64,000 bases of DNA from Sphyrna mokarran. Lineage: Eukaryota. Below the pieces are notes generated by a model, which did no database searches, was not told where the DNA came from, and was given only the letters and a program-made list of their open reading frames with translations. Both the position numbers and the translations under genes were made by a program. This document shows, one piece after another, positions 25,401-39,047 of the stretch. The first letter of the stretch is position 1. Each line of letters begins with the position of its first letter. The DNA is taken from the NCBI GenBank assembly GCA_024679065.1, contig JAGIQG010000008.1:72416001-72480000 (forward strand), read 5' to 3'.

Positions 25401-26854
25401 TCTGGGGCACTCTTTTTTGCACTGCAGTGTGTGTGCAATGAAGCTGTCCTTTAAATGCTACTGTTGATTAGTTCACTTTTAAATGCTGGACCGTCTGTCC
25501 CTCTCCCCCCTTTTTTGCTGGGGAGGGTGGAAGAATATTTTAGACATATTGCAAGTCCCAATCTGAAAGCGCCGTGTTATACTCTGTCCCATTTTTGTCA
25601 CGTATTGGGATACAGTGAAAAGGTATTGTTTCTTGTGCGCTGCACAGTGTAATATTCGTTTCAGATATCTCATGCGTGCAAACAAACTATTTCCATCAGA
25701 ATTATAAGCCCCTGGATAGAGAAGGAGTTTATAATGTTCTATAATTAGCGGGCAGGCGGAAGTAAGATAGGAAGGAAGACATTCATTGCACTGATATGAC
25801 TTCTTTCACCATCTCAGGAAGGTGATTCAATTTTTTTAAGTGAAGTCGCTGTTGTTAACACAGGAAAGGGGAAATGAGGTTCCAGTGGCTCCCCGTATCT
25901 CTTGACCATTCACCTCATTTCCCATTTTTCCCATTGGTTAAGTTCCCAACTCATGTGGGATCTACTGCACAATCGATGACAGGGCCTCTGGGTGCATCCC
26001 GGAGAAACTCGCACAAGTGTTTGCTTGGGAGTCCCAGTCGGTAAACGTTCTGACTTCTGCTTACTCACATGCACTGCCAAGTTAAATACCAGGCCTCGAA
26101 TCCATCTAGCAACCAATGTATACTGTATGCAGAAAACCCAGTCATGCCAGCCACCTGGTCAAAGGGAATGAAATCTACTTGCGGCTTCAGACCTGCTTGG
26201 CCTGCAGCCCTGAACAGAAGTAACAACCAAATGTAAAGGTAGCTGATAACCCCGTTAAAAACTGCCAGTAATGGAGTTGTCTGTATAAAGACAAGTATCT
26301 TCTCATAGACACCCACTGGACACCTGTTGTGTCTGTAAGCACACTTATGGATTACCTAGGAAAGGGAACCTCCACCAACCTCAGCGATGAGGGTAGGCAG
26401 TGATCCTCAAATTTCTTAACGCTATCATTTCAGCTGGGCTGCCCAAAAATCCTGCACAATGGACATATTTTGGCTTCAGTTAAACTATCTCTAAACTACT
26501 GGGAAGTTTTCATCTAGACCCCCAAAATTACATAGTCACTTTATTGAAATGTATTTGTATCAACAGAGAGAGCTCTAATCGCCACGTGACCAGTTTTCGC
26601 CTTGTTTTTCTTTCGGAACAGATAGTGCAATTGTTAACTTGTTTGCTGCAGGATGAGTTAAATTGCATTTATTTCCATCTAACTTCATGGAAAGGAATAT
26701 CCCAGGCTGCACACTCAGTACCACCAAAGAGTCTCCTGAAAAATGATTACCTTCGAAGGTATCTGCAGCAAATCCCACCATTAATTCCTCTTGTTAAGAC
26801 TGATTCTCCCAAAATGGACAAGTGGCAAAAGAACAAGAGGGATTAGTTGAGAAG

Positions 26855-27072
26855 GATTTTTTTTAATGTAGTAAGCATCTGGAATGTACTGTGTGAAGGA
26901 TGGTGGAAGCTGATTCAAAAGCAGTTTTCAAAAGAGAATTGGATGTATAGTTGCAAAGGAGAAATAAACCTGGAGCTGAGTAGATAATGGGAAAATAGGA
27001 CTACTTAGAAAGTTTTTTCAAAGAGTTGACACAAGTATGATGGACTGAATGGCCTGTGGTGTAAGATTCTAG
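26855..27072 (+). mobile_element. Decayed CR1 3'-end fragment; similar pieces at about 22670-22915, 37720-37925 and 58990-59260
   Basis: GGTGGAAGCTGATTCAA..TTTCAAAAGAGAATTGGAT..GATGGACTGAATGGCC..GATTCTA pattern. Confidence 0.6.
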
Positions 27073-28891
27073 ATTGTTGGATGATACTCTCTGATGATTT
27101 GAAGTTACATGTCAGTCACTTAAGAGTATTTATTTTATTTGTGTGTGTTTGTTTTAATTATGCTTCATTGTCTTACTTTGACCTGGTGCATTAATGGAGT
27201 GAGTTATGGGAGCTCGGAAGTATGAACAGCCAACTTTTTGCTCACTGATTCAAATGGAGTCCTTCAGGAATGGCAAGAAAACAAGTCACTGGATTGATGA
27301 AGCAGGAAAATTCGCTCTCTGTTTTCTGGATGGAGGTATGAGACTCTGATCAGTGTGTCAATTGTCAATAACTACTGGGAACGGCAAACCAGACATTCAA
27401 CTCTGGGTGTGAAGCTGAGACTCCGAGACCAGCAAGACCAAAGGTTCAATGCCTAACTTCTCCTGTCGTATCCAGTTGCAAGGTGTGATAATGGTGGGAA
27501 TGTTAGGATTAGCACTCATTTGAACTAAGAGGAGTCGGTAGTTAGTTGGCTAGAAGTTTGCAGGTGTGCACTGAGGCTTGCTTAGGCTCAATTGTGATGC
27601 CCCAGCAGGCAATTTGACTCTGCCTGCCAGGAGTTCACATGTGAATACTGTGGAGTGAGTAAAGGGATCGAATTGCATTAGTGAGGATTTAATGACTTCA
27701 GGATGAGGGTCATGGAGGTAGGGATTGGTAAGGGAGTGAGGGCAGGGAAGAAGACTGAAAAACAGCCTATAAATAGAACAAGTGTCTATTTAAAGCTCCT
27801 CTTTCATTGACCACCTGAAGTTGTACGTCAGTGTAGGAAACAACACCCAGGTGCTGTTAAGATGGTTGCATTTTTAGGATAAGCTTGGCTTCAAAATACA
27901 GTTTGCAAAGCAATAGTTTTCCTTGATTTCCCCCCTCCCCCATTCCCACAGAAACCCCAGGAGTGCCATTTACAATTTGACCACTACTAAACACATTTCC
28001 TTTCCAGACTAACTCACACATTTTATCAGCATTTCGTCACCTCCACTTAAAACACATTTTGCCCTCAGAAGGAAATGTGCTCTTTTCTGCTTTTCATGTT
28101 TTGCAACCAGCACAGACATCATCCTCATCATCATTTCCCTCCCCTTCTCCCGGAAAGCAAGATCCAGAAGTTAGCTGTGAGCGCAGCCAGCATTCCAGCA
28201 TAGTTTCCCTCCACTTCCTTATAAATTTGTTCCTTGTCAAGGTTTTTTTCTTTTTAAAAAAAAGCCTTTCCAGCTCTGCCTCAGTATAAGTGTTCTGGGA
28301 CTCCAGCCAGTTCCCCGTCCCAATCGCCTGCTCCAGTCTGGGTGGGAACATTCATTGACGACATTTCGGGATTTTTTTTCTTTCCTTGCATTTTTGTGAG
28401 AGAACTAGCTGGCCAAATTTAGAATCGTGTCGAAAGGGAAAAAACTCAGTCATCGTCTTGGAAATGTGTACTTATAATGTGGTGACCTCATGGTTATGCA
28501 AGAGCCCAGCTAATCACCAGGAGATAAAATGCTAAAATGGGTCACAGTAGCAGCTGAAGGCTGTTTAAGGTTAGCCCAGCAAAGTTGTTAAAATGAAGCT
28601 TATCTGGCAGCATTTAATAGAGGCCGAATTAAAATGTTCAACATGTTTCCACTTACATTTTTCTTTTTTAACTTTGAGAACAATAATGCAAATCCCTCCC
28701 TGCCCCCCAGTTGTGGGAGAACGATCCTACCTCTTGCACTTAGGCCTATTTTGATAGAGCAATATGGTTGATTCAAGCATTAGCAAACAACAAACAGCAG
28801 AATAGGTACTCCAATAGGATCCTGCAAACATAAAGAAATAACCTGCATTTATATAGCACCTCTCACAGCTTTTTGAATTTAATGCTGTAAT

Positions 28892-29205
28892 CATAGAATC
28901 CTTACATTGCAGAACAAGGCCATTCAGCTCATTGAGTCTGCACCAAATCTCACGCAGGCTTACTCCATGACACATATTTACTCTGCCAACCCTGAACTTC
29001 CATATCTTGGGACACTAAGGGATAGTTGAACATGGCCGATCATCCTAACCCGCACATCTTTGGACTGTGGGAGGAAACCGGAGCACCCGGAGGAAACACA
29101 CACAGACCCGAGGAGAGTGTGCAAACTCCACACGGACAGTTACCCAAGGCCAGAATTGAACCTGGATCCTTGGCACTGTGAGAACGGCTAAGCACTGTGC
29201 CACCC
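28892..29205 (-). mobile_element. HE1-type SINE, full length, nested in a Deu-SINE
   Basis: Head, central domain and GATTCTATG tail present. TGTAAT duplicated at 28886-28891 and 29206-29211. Confidence 0.88.
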
Positions 29206-29462
29206 TGTAATGCAGGAAATGAAGCTGCCCTATAATGTAGGAAATGCGGCAACTAATTTGTTTACAGCAAACTCCCATAAAAAAATGATTACGGCCAGAT
29301 GATAAGTTTTAGTGTTATTGATAGAGTAATTATAGGTCAGGAGACCGTGGTGAACTGCTCTGTTGTTCTTCAAATAACCCCATTGATTTTATTTACATCT
29401 ACTTGGAGCCTCAATTTACTGCCTTGTGACCTCTGACTGTGCAGCACCTCCTCAGCACTGTA

Positions 29463-29545
29463 AGATGTCTCACAACACCAGGTTGAAATCCAACAGATTT
29501 ATTTGGAATCATGAGCTTTCGGAGCACTGCTCCTTCATCAGGTAC
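29463..29545 (-). mobile_element. Penelope-derived short element
   Basis: Plus strand tctcacaacaccaggttgaaatccaacagatttatttgg..gagctttcggagcactgctccttcatcaggt. Confidence 0.7.
29510..29544 (-). ncRNA. Minimal type I hammerhead ribozyme motif
   Basis: Minus strand UAC-CUGAUGA-A-GGAGC-AGU-GCUCC-GAAA-GC-UC-AUG: both core boxes, perfect 5-bp stem II, palindromic AGCU in place of stem III. Stem I is weak. Confidence 0.6.
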
Positions 29546-30408
29546 ACCTGGGTGTATTTATAGAATTCAATCATCTGATCTCTATTAACTCAGAACCTGT
29601 AAGAACAAGTTTCATCTTTTTGCAACCCTCCCTGCTTTTGGAAAAACGACATGGTGTTTGACCCATGTCATTGAGAGTTTGACTCAATCCTGCGATTAGT
29701 GCCTCCAGCATTGTCAGTGTGAGGAACAAAAATGTTTCGAGCAGATTTCAGATCAAGCGTCGCTTCCTGAATGCCGAGGGTCACAATTTTGACGTTTCTG
29801 CCTCAGCATTCCAATTGAGAGATAATAAAGAAAAAGCCAGCACAAAGTTGATGGTCAGACTGATTTCGCCTTCTCTGAGCTGACGTATTGGAAGGACATC
29901 AGTAGCTTTGTGTTCTTCAGCTTCATACATGACAAACAAAATGATTCAATCTTTTTTGCTGATGAATCACAGTGTACTCTTTCCTGTAAATGAACCGTGT
30001 GACTAACGTCGTCTGCATTTGGAGTTAACCTAGAGCAAAGTTTCAGGAACTCTTTAGCCAAAAATAATAGGGGAATTGTATATAGAGGGCAGCTGACTAA
30101 TTATCTAGCAGTACTGTTTCACTTTCTTTCTGGGCTGATTTTTATTGAAAAACCTTCAAAGACCTTAATAAGTCAATAATCAAGGTGAGAATACGTACGT
30201 GGGATGGGAGGGGTGGGGAGTGTGAGGCGGAATGGGAATGGCTGATGGGTGTTGACGGAAGAGGGGAATCCATACTAGCTGGTAAAGGCTTTGGCTCAGG
30301 TGTACCATTTGCAGCTCTAGCTCAGTGTGTGTAATCCAGACTGACGGTGGAGTATTTACAGACTGTTACACTAAAGGAAGTGAAAATTTACAATTTTGTC
30401 CCAACTTG

Positions 30409-30727
30409 GGGGCAGCACAGTGGCGTAGTGGTTAGCACTGCTGCCTCTCAATACCACGGACTGGGGTTCGATTAGGTCACTGTTTGTGTGGAATCTGCAG
30501 GTTCTCCCCATGTCCACATGGGTTTCCTCCGGGTGCTCACATTTCCTCCCTCAGTCCAAAGATGTGTGGGTTAGGGTGACTGCCCATGTTAAATTGCCCC
30601 TTAGTGTCAGTGGGATTAACAGGGTAGATATATGGGGTTATGGAGATAGGGCCTGGGATGGTATTGCTGGTGGTGCAGACTCAATGGGCCAAATAGCCTC
30701 CTTCTGCACTGCAGGATTCTGATTCAT
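30409..30727 (+). mobile_element. HE1-type SINE, full length
   Basis: GGGCAGCACAGTGGCGTAGTGGTTAGCACTGCTGCC..GGGGTTCGATT..tail GCCTCCTTCTGCACTGCAGGATTCTGATTC. Confidence 0.88.
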
Positions 30728-31328
30728 AATTTTCTTTTTTTCTAGAATAGATCCAATCCTATCTTCTGAATGCCAAAGGTACACTCCCCCGTCCCACTAA
30801 CCGCTTTTTTATTGAACTGAGGTGCCTTATTAGTAATCACAGCACTGCGATTTTCCATATCATTGAGAAAGTGAATACACCTTGTTTTCGGTTAACTGAC
30901 TCACGATCAGTCAGTTTCATTTCTCAGCTTCAATATTTTTAGAACTAATTCATGAAATTTTCAGAGGAAATGAAATTAAAAAGGCACAATCATTTTTCCT
31001 ATAAATGTTCATCCTCAGGTAGCTTTTGCAACATTTCTCGGGACGTTAACTTTCAATTCCTGGAGAGTCTGGGGTCATTCCAGGAGTATTAATGACCAGA
31101 GCTGACTTTGAAATGGGAAAGGGCAGCTTTGCCTTAACTCAATGTAGCAAGTTGAATTTGTGTGGTTTCTAATGGGCAGAGCTATGGCTCAAGAATGTGT
31201 CAGTGTCATCCTACACAGTGCTGTAATAATACCATGTCCATGTCAGCACCAAATGAATGCGAACATCTATGGAACAGAGACTGGATTAATGAAAAAATCA
31301 CCATATGCTACAACATCTTATTTTACAT

Positions 31329-31935
31329 AGCATTGCTGCCTCACACTGCCAAGGACCCATGTTCAAATCCAGTCTTGAGTGACTGACTATGTTACGATTG
31401 CATATTCTCCCCTCTCCACATGTCAGAGTGGGTTTTCCTTTTCTTAATTTACCAGTATCATAAATAGGCTTACATCACCATTGCAATGAAGTTACTGAGA
31501 AAATCCCCTCGTCACCACACTCCAGTGCCTGTTCGAGTATACTAATGAAGAACCTAGTGTGGCCAATGCACTTAACCAGCACATCTTTCAGGCTGTGAGA
31601 GGAAACCCGGAGCACTTGGGGGAAACCCATGCAGACACAGGGACAACATACAGACTCCGCCCTGAATGTGACCCAACTCAGGAATTGAACCCAAGACCCT
31701 GGCACTGTGAGGTAGCAGTGCTAGCCACTATGTCATCATGACACCCTCTGAGTGCTGTAGTTTTGTTCCATAGTCAAAAGATGTGTAGGTTTGGTGCATT
31801 AGCCATGATAAATGCGCAGGGTTAAAGGAATAGAGCGCATAGTGGGTGGTGCTTGGGAAATGCTGTCTTGGAGAAAATCAGTGCAGACTTGATGTGCCAA
31901 ATGGCCTCCTTCTGCATTGGAGGGATCCTACGATC
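31329..31935. mobile_element. Plus-strand SINE interrupted by a minus-strand SINE (about 31440-31746) with a different tail
   Basis: The outer element breaks at GTGGGTTTTCCT and resumes at CTCTGAGTGCTGTAGTTT. The inner element carries the GTAACTTCATTGCA..GTAAGCCTA tail. Confidence 0.8.
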
Positions 31936-34023
31936 ATTAACCTGTCTGTTCAGGGGCGTGGTCAACCCTTGAGATATCAGATTAACTTGTATTTCAGCCT
32001 TGTTCAGTTGGTAGTACTGTTATTTTACGAGCAGGAGTTGTTGGTTCAAGGTCCAACGTTCAGCACATAGACTTTTTTTACTTTATTCTTTCATGGGTTG
32101 TGGATGTCGCTATTTGACCTTGAATTAAAGGACATTAGTGAACCAATGGATTTATGTGACAACGACAGTTTCATGGTTCTCACTTCTGAGATTAGCTTTC
32201 AATTCCAGATTTATTAACTGATTTCAGATTCCACCAGCTGGCATGGTAGAACTTGACCCCATATCCCTATACCATTTGCTTCTGTCTCTGGATTATTAGC
32301 CCAGCAACATTACTACTATGTTGACACTGTAGTGTAATATTGAGGGAATGCTGCATTGCGGTAGGTGCCATTTTTGGACAAGATCTTAAACCAACAAGAT
32401 CTTAAAGAAGCAGATGTAAAAAAGTCAATGGGCAGGATTTAATGGAGGTGCGAATCATATCACTCATCAGTTGGAAAGCTGTCGAGATTCCTACATTGCC
32501 TCTTTTTGATGAGATACAGTGTCACTCAGGCGTTTAACTAGATAGCAGTAGGTCTTTCCAGGGATCAAGGTCTCAGCAGTAGAAGTCCCACCCATTGAGA
32601 GCTGCCAGTCCAATAACAGGCTGGTTGGTCCACTGAATGGCAGTGCCACTGGGAAGGTGATTGCTGCTGCTAGTACAACACTTTCCTGAGGCTAATATTA
32701 CTGCTGGATACCAGACAAAGGTGAGTGATGGTGAAAGGGCAGTTAGGAGGTGCAGACTGCTGAGTGGGGGTTGTGTAGGAGGTGGTGGGCGGAAGTGGAT
32801 CAGCTACAAGGGTGGAGAGTGGCCCTGATTCCCTTCCTGATGCTGGTCTCTTTGACCGTGCTGTTGATTTGTTTCTTATGTTCCCTGCATGGACAGCCAC
32901 ACATCTGCTGCTGGCAGAACACCAAAGGGAATGGGACAAGGCCCATAAGTGGCCATTAATTGTCCACTTGAAGACTTCAATTATAGCTTTCCTGCTGCAT
33001 ATTTAATGGGGTGAAGTTGGGAAGGTGGCTGGGTTCTACCCAACACCCCTGCTAAAAAGCCAATAAATTCCAATGAAAGAAATATTCAAAGGTGCAATAG
33101 GAGTTTTCCCAGTGGTCTGACCATCAATTATCCCTCAACCAATCCCAAAAACTTAGCATGAGATCTTATCTTTTATACAATCTCAGGGTGCATGCAATGC
33201 CGGAAAGAAAGTTTTTAGTTGCCCCACTCAGCTGAGTGGCTTGCTAGGCTGCTGTAGAGGTTCAGACCTAACCATATTGCTGTGGGACTGGAGTCATGCA
33301 CAGGCCAGACCACAAAAAGAAAACAGGTTTCCGTCCCTAAAACACATTCATGAGCCAGCTGGGCTTTTGTGACAATTGATTTCATGGTCACTTTTGCCAG
33401 CTTTTTAATCTCCAGACTGTCTTGAACTGAATTCACATTCTCATACTGCCATGGTGGCAACTGAGCTACTATTCTCTGGAATATTGGTGCAGTTACTACT
33501 AATCTATGATATTGCCCACAAAACAATGATGGCAATTTGAACAGGTATATACTGATGTGTAAAGGACATTCTGAGGATATGATAAATTTCCGAATCAAAG
33601 CAAGTTTTTGGTTTCTAACACACCATGTTTAAATTGAGTCCTGGATATATGTTGTCTCTATCCTTGATCTCCAGCAGAAGAAGAAGACATTTAGAGGAAT
33701 AACACCAGAAAACAAAACAAATAGCCCGAGTTTGACCTGTCATCACATGCAAGCCCATGGCATATTTAGTGTAGACAGTGTCTCCAGACCAATTTGATCT
33801 GTCTGCAGAGAGAAAATAAGGTCAACAAGCCACAAAATAACACAACAGTAATCACTGCACAAAGTCTACATTTTTTTGGTGTTATTTTTTCACAGAAGAA
33901 TCTTATAGCTGGTCACAGGTTCTGCTGGAGGCAGAATGAAGCTAGTCAGCCAGCCTTTTCTCTCTTTTATGTAACTGATCTTCTAAGATATAATGACATC
34001 CTATCCTACACTTCTTGAAGTAC

Positions 34024-34296
34024 TGTGGCACAGTGGTTAGCACTGCTGCCTCACAGCACCAGAGACCTGGTTCGATGCCTGTCTTGGGTCACTGTCTGTT
34101 TGGAGTCTGTACGTTTTCCTCGTGTCTGTGTGAGTTTCCTCCTATGGTCTGAAAGACGTGTCGGTTAAGTGCATTGGCCATGTTAAATTCTCCTTCAGTG
34201 TAGCCGAACAGGCACCTGAGTGTGGTGACTCAAGGAATTTCACAGTAACTTCATTGGAGTGTTAATATAAACCTACTTGTGACACTAAAATTTAAA
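34024..34296 (+). mobile_element. V-SINE-type SINE, alternative-tail subfamily
   Basis: GTGGCACAGTGGTTAGCACTGCTGCC head; tail CACAGTAACTTCATTGGAGTGTTAATATAAACCTACTTGTGACACTAAAA. Confidence 0.85.
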
Positions 34297-34669
34297 ACCT
34301 TCTCCCATCTCCACATTGGATCTGTCGCTAATAATTCACAGAGTTACTTGGTCAGAACCTTCCACTGAAGACAAATCAGCCACATCCCCAAATCCCCTTT
34401 ACTTTAGCAGGTGAATGGAAAGTATTAGAGCTAAGCATTAAACACTATATTGGATAAATATGCAATGCTCAAACATTACAGTTACAGTATTGTTACAGTG
34501 CGGGGAAACAACAACTCACTGTCTGCGACATTTTTCATCATCCGATAATCCTTTTTATTCAGGAACTCATTGGTATCACTACCAGCTATGTGGCCTTTGG
34601 CTATGACCCTTTGCAGCGAGTCACACGAGACTTGGAAATGAATTAGTTTGCACTCCTGAATTAAAAACT

Positions 34670-34940
34670 TTAAAAGTAAAGTTTATTTATTAGTCACAAG
34701 TAAGGCTTATATTAACACTGCAATGTAGTTACTGTGAAATTCCCCGTCGTCTGTTCAGGCCAATTCATCTAACTAGCAATTCATCTAATCAGAATGTGGG
34801 AGAAAACCAAAACACCCGGAGGAAATCCCACGCAGACATAGGGAGAACGTGCAAACACAGACAGTGACTCAAGCCAGGAACTGAACCCAGGTCCCCTACA
34901 CTGTGAAGTAGCATGCTAACCACTCTGCCACCATGCTGCC
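34670..34940 (-). mobile_element. V-SINE-type SINE, alternative-tail subfamily, internally deleted
   Basis: Plus strand aaagtttatttattagtcacaagtaaggcttatattaacactgcaatg...gctaaccactctgccaccatgctgcc. Confidence 0.85.
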
Positions 34941-36307
34941 ATATATATAATTCTCAATCTTTTTTAAAAAAAGGAATAAATGATGGAATATAGGTCATTA
35001 TTTTGTAAAGTCAATGCAGTTGTGTGGAATAGTAACTGTGAAACAGTGAACATCTCGTGTCATTTGCACATACCAATAAGTAAATTAATGTTTTCTTCTC
35101 ATTTAAAGAAAAATCACATTCACAAAACCAGACTGCCAAAAGATGAGACCCACAGTTATTAGGATAGTGCAAGTCTGCCAAACAAATAGTTTCTCGAAGA
35201 GAGGAAATGAGGCTTGCAGAGTGTTCCTAAAATAGACAGGGGTAACCAGGAGGCCAATGACCAATTCTACCCTTTTGCAATTACTGTCCTCAGAATGAAG
35301 CAAACTCTGCTATTTACTGTTCCTGGCATCCTTCGCTGCTCTGTAGTCTGCGAGTCCAGTGTGAATGTTAGTTGCTTCCTGTCGTGCACTGCTGTGAAGG
35401 GTCAGGCAGCGTTAACAGTCTCCTCATCCCGTTTCTCATACGTCAATGCAAGCTGTCATGGCCCAGCAGTCCCATTAAATTCAGATGATATCGGTTTGTA
35501 AAACAATTCACCTCCTCTTCATGCCTGGATTTCGAGGAAGACTAAGTACTGGGAAGCAAATGAACTCACACACCCAAAATAACTCCAAAAGGCGAGTGTA
35601 GACTTAACATGCTAAAAAACTGAATTCAGCAAACTTAATTCCCACTGTTCTGACCCCAAATATAATATTCAGATTGAACCAGCAAACATTTGCAATATTT
35701 ACTGGACAAACAAAACAAAATGAATAGAAAGACATTTTATTCTGAAGGAGCCTAAGTAAACCAGTTGAAGTTCTACACTGTCTTGACTTCTTCATGGCAA
35801 TTAAATGTGTTATTGCTTTTAAAAAGCAAGCATTGTTTCAATGCAGAACATATCCATTCTCAAACTCACTTCAGTTTTGCTTTTCAAACTCGTAAACCCA
35901 ATATGATTTTGTGAGGTGATCTTGTTCAGCATTATGATACGCACTACTCATACCATCCAAAATGGTTAATGTCCTGCTGGAACTGAGTCATGCTGATGGC
36001 CTGAAGTCACCGATGTGGAAGCACAAATGTGAGCAATACTCCACAGGGAATGGGGAATTACAGCCAAAACTGATCCACTTCTCGAAGCGCAACATACACT
36101 TTGTAGTTAGAGTCAATAGATTAAGATCATGAGTGAGAACTTCAGCTAAGTTGTCTAAGGGCTGTAAATGACAATTATAGATACTTACTTGCCTGTATAG
36201 GGTAAGGTTGGTGCCGCACACTTTGAAAATAACACTCCTGGATGGCATGTTATTATTCCAGTGCCAGCTGTATGTACGGTTGTTTTCAATGTGAGGGTAA
36301 GGAAAAC

Positions 36308-36626
36308 ATGGTGGCATAGTGGCTAGCATTACTACCTCACAGCATCAGGGACTTGGGTTTTATTCCTAGCTTGAATCACTGTGTGTGTGGAGTCTGAACA
36401 TTTTCCCCATATTTGCAGGGTTTCCTCCAGGTGCTCCAGTTTTCTCCAACAGTCCAAAGATGTACAAGTTAGGTGGATTGGCCATGCTAAATTACCCCTT
36501 AGTTTCAGGGTATTAGCTGGGTAAATGCATGGGGTTATAGGGATAAGACCTGGACAGGATTGTGGTAGATGCAGATTTGATGGGTCGAATGGCCTCTTTC
36601 TGCACTGTCAGCTTCTATGATTCTAT
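36308..36626 (+). mobile_element. HE1-type SINE, full length
   Basis: GGTGGCATAGTGGCTAGCA head through GAATGGCCTCTTTCTGCACTGT..TTCTATGATTCTAT tail. Confidence 0.88.
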
Positions 36627-37038
36627 AAGTGTGAGAGGAGGCTAGGAACCTGCTCACCTCCAAATAACTGCTAGTTAAGCTCATTGAGAAGCATGCTAAT
36701 GGGCTGGGAGGGCACAATTGTCAACACCATTGCAAGGAGCCATCAAGTCATGCTAACATGCTAGAGAAAACTTCAGGGCAAAAAAGGTTATTTTGTCACA
36801 GTAGCAGCAATGCCTTTTTACGGACTCTCTGTCCACTCCTCTGCACAGTGAACCTGCTAGTTAGCTGCTTTCCTGCCTCCTCAATTCTACAAGGTGGCAG
36901 GAAGACCAATTGTGGCTGCCTTTGAGGATTGTACTCAGGAGTCGGTTCCCACTTCCTGACAGCACTGAGTGCCACTAATTGGGGACCAAGATAGCCTCCA
37001 GCCTAATTGGATGATTTGCATCTGAAGATAGTGTCGCG

Positions 37039-37118
37039 TTAGTAACACAGACCAACACTTAGCAACACAGGTAAATGCTTAGCAACATAGGCCAATGCTT
37101 AGCCACACAGGCCAGAGC
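37039..37118. repeat. 20-bp tandem repeat, four copies
   Basis: Consensus TTAGCAACACAGGCCAATGC at 37039, 37059, 37079 and 37099. Confidence 0.8.
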
Positions 37119-39047
37119 TTGGAAATGACCTGGCATCTGATTCCCAAAACTAGAAATTGAAAATTAAGCCCTTTATTTTGTGTTCCCCGCAAGAGATTGA
37201 CGAACACAACACGGGATTGAATTCAGGATGATCCTGATCTCTGAATCTCAGTACTACATTGTGCAGTGCGAATTGTTAAAAATAAGCTCCAGGGTTGGCT
37301 CATAAATTAGTACAATCACTGTGGTCCACTTGCACAGAAACAACTTATTCCAGAATTTCTTTCTGTGCAGGAACATATTTTAACTCCCTATACCACCCAG
37401 GCGCTGAATGACAAATCTGGAAGTATACACAATAATTACAAAATAATTGGGAAAAAGAAAACGAACTCCTACTTGCCTGGTTTGCAGTGGCTGGGTTTAT
37501 TTTAACAACATCTATGAAACATAAACTCTAAAACGAACATGATTCTTTTACTTGCAATAGGAACGCAGGCTGAAATAATTAACCTTTGAAGGGCCACAGT
37601 CTTCATGGAGTCCGTTTCAGGCCAACCTTTTGTGTTAGATTGACATAACTGTGTTGAAATGTGTTAAGACAGCTGTGAGTGACATTATCATGTCCAAAAT
37701 AATACATGGATCTTTGTGTTCAAAGGGTTTTGATACAGTAAATAAGAATAAACCATTTCCATTGTCAGGAAGGTTAGTAACTAAGAGGAACAGATTTAAA
37801 GCAACTCGCAGAAGATAAGAAGATAGAATTTTTTTGACATAGTAAGTTGTTTCAATTGGGAATAAAATTGCCTGAAATAGCGGTGGAAACAGATTCAGTA
37901 GGAACTTTCTAAAAGGAATTGGGAATGTGGTTGTAAAAGGTTCATCTTCTGATGCCTAAAGCCTCTCCACCATCTACAAGGCATGAGTTAGGGATACTCT
38001 CCGTTTGTTTGAATGAGTGCAGCTCCAACAACACAAATGCACATTCTGATTATGCATTCGGATCTTTAGTATCCACCTGAGAAGGAAAGTTGGAGCCTCA
38101 GTTTAACATCTTAACTGGAAGAAGGAATGTCAGACCATGCAACATCCTGCACTGCACTTAAGTGTCAACTTGTATTACATGCTAGCTTTCTGCAGTGGGC
38201 TTTCCAATGCATCAAATCAATGCCCACTTTGAACTGCACAGGATTAAACCCCTTCCCATTCAATTCTCTTATGTAAATCTAATCTAAAAATAACACCCAC
38301 GTATAAAACATGACACTCTATTTCACATGGTACCTGAGTATCTGGGTTTCAATGCTGAGCTGACTAAATATACTTGACCTATGAATGCCACTTCTATCCT
38401 GGAAACAGCAATACTCTTTAGATGTCTAGTCACCTCTGTTTAAAATACAGGTTTTTGTTGAGTAGTTTTGTTGAATTCAATTGTTGAATGAAGAACTAAA
38501 TGCCTGTGGTACGGACTAGTTATTTTTATTTAAAGTTCACACAAGCCTCAGTCCAAATATAATCCTGATCCATGTGTAACAATTCTTGGCAGAGTACTTC
38601 TGTGTTTATCAGGATTCAGCTGTAACAATAAAATAAGGGAAAACAGATACAGAACATAAACTAGGCATCATATCAAAGAGGGCAATCAAAAGGCAGGAGG
38701 TTAAGATCTCTGGAATCTGGTTGCTGCCCATGAGACTAATTACATACTGTCCTCATCTGGTTTCTGAAAGCAAAACCTCATCTCAGAAGTCACTGGTAGT
38801 TCACCATTAAAAGGCAGTTCGACCTAGTTGTTAAACACATAGTGCTATGAGATAATGTGAATTAACCCTGTGAGCACTAACTCCCTTTATCACAAAAAAC
38901 ACACTTTGATACTGCACCTTTCACGACCTATGAGGATTTTTTTGTGAACTGCAGTGGTTGTTGTAATAGAGGAAGGGCAGTAACAAATAGTGCACAGCAA
39001 GATCCCACAAACAGCAACAGGACAATAATATGATAATCTATTTCAGT

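Noticed and set aside
26065-26316. PQVDFIPFDQ and LLDGFEAW resembling rhodanese motifs, as the missing DUSP8 exon
   Set aside because: Wrong splice phase, and similarity is far below that of the other highly conserved DUSP8 exons.
30409-30475. tRNA-like sequences with A and B boxes (here and in other copies)
   Set aside because: They are SINE heads continuing directly into the SINE body, with no complete cloverleaf.
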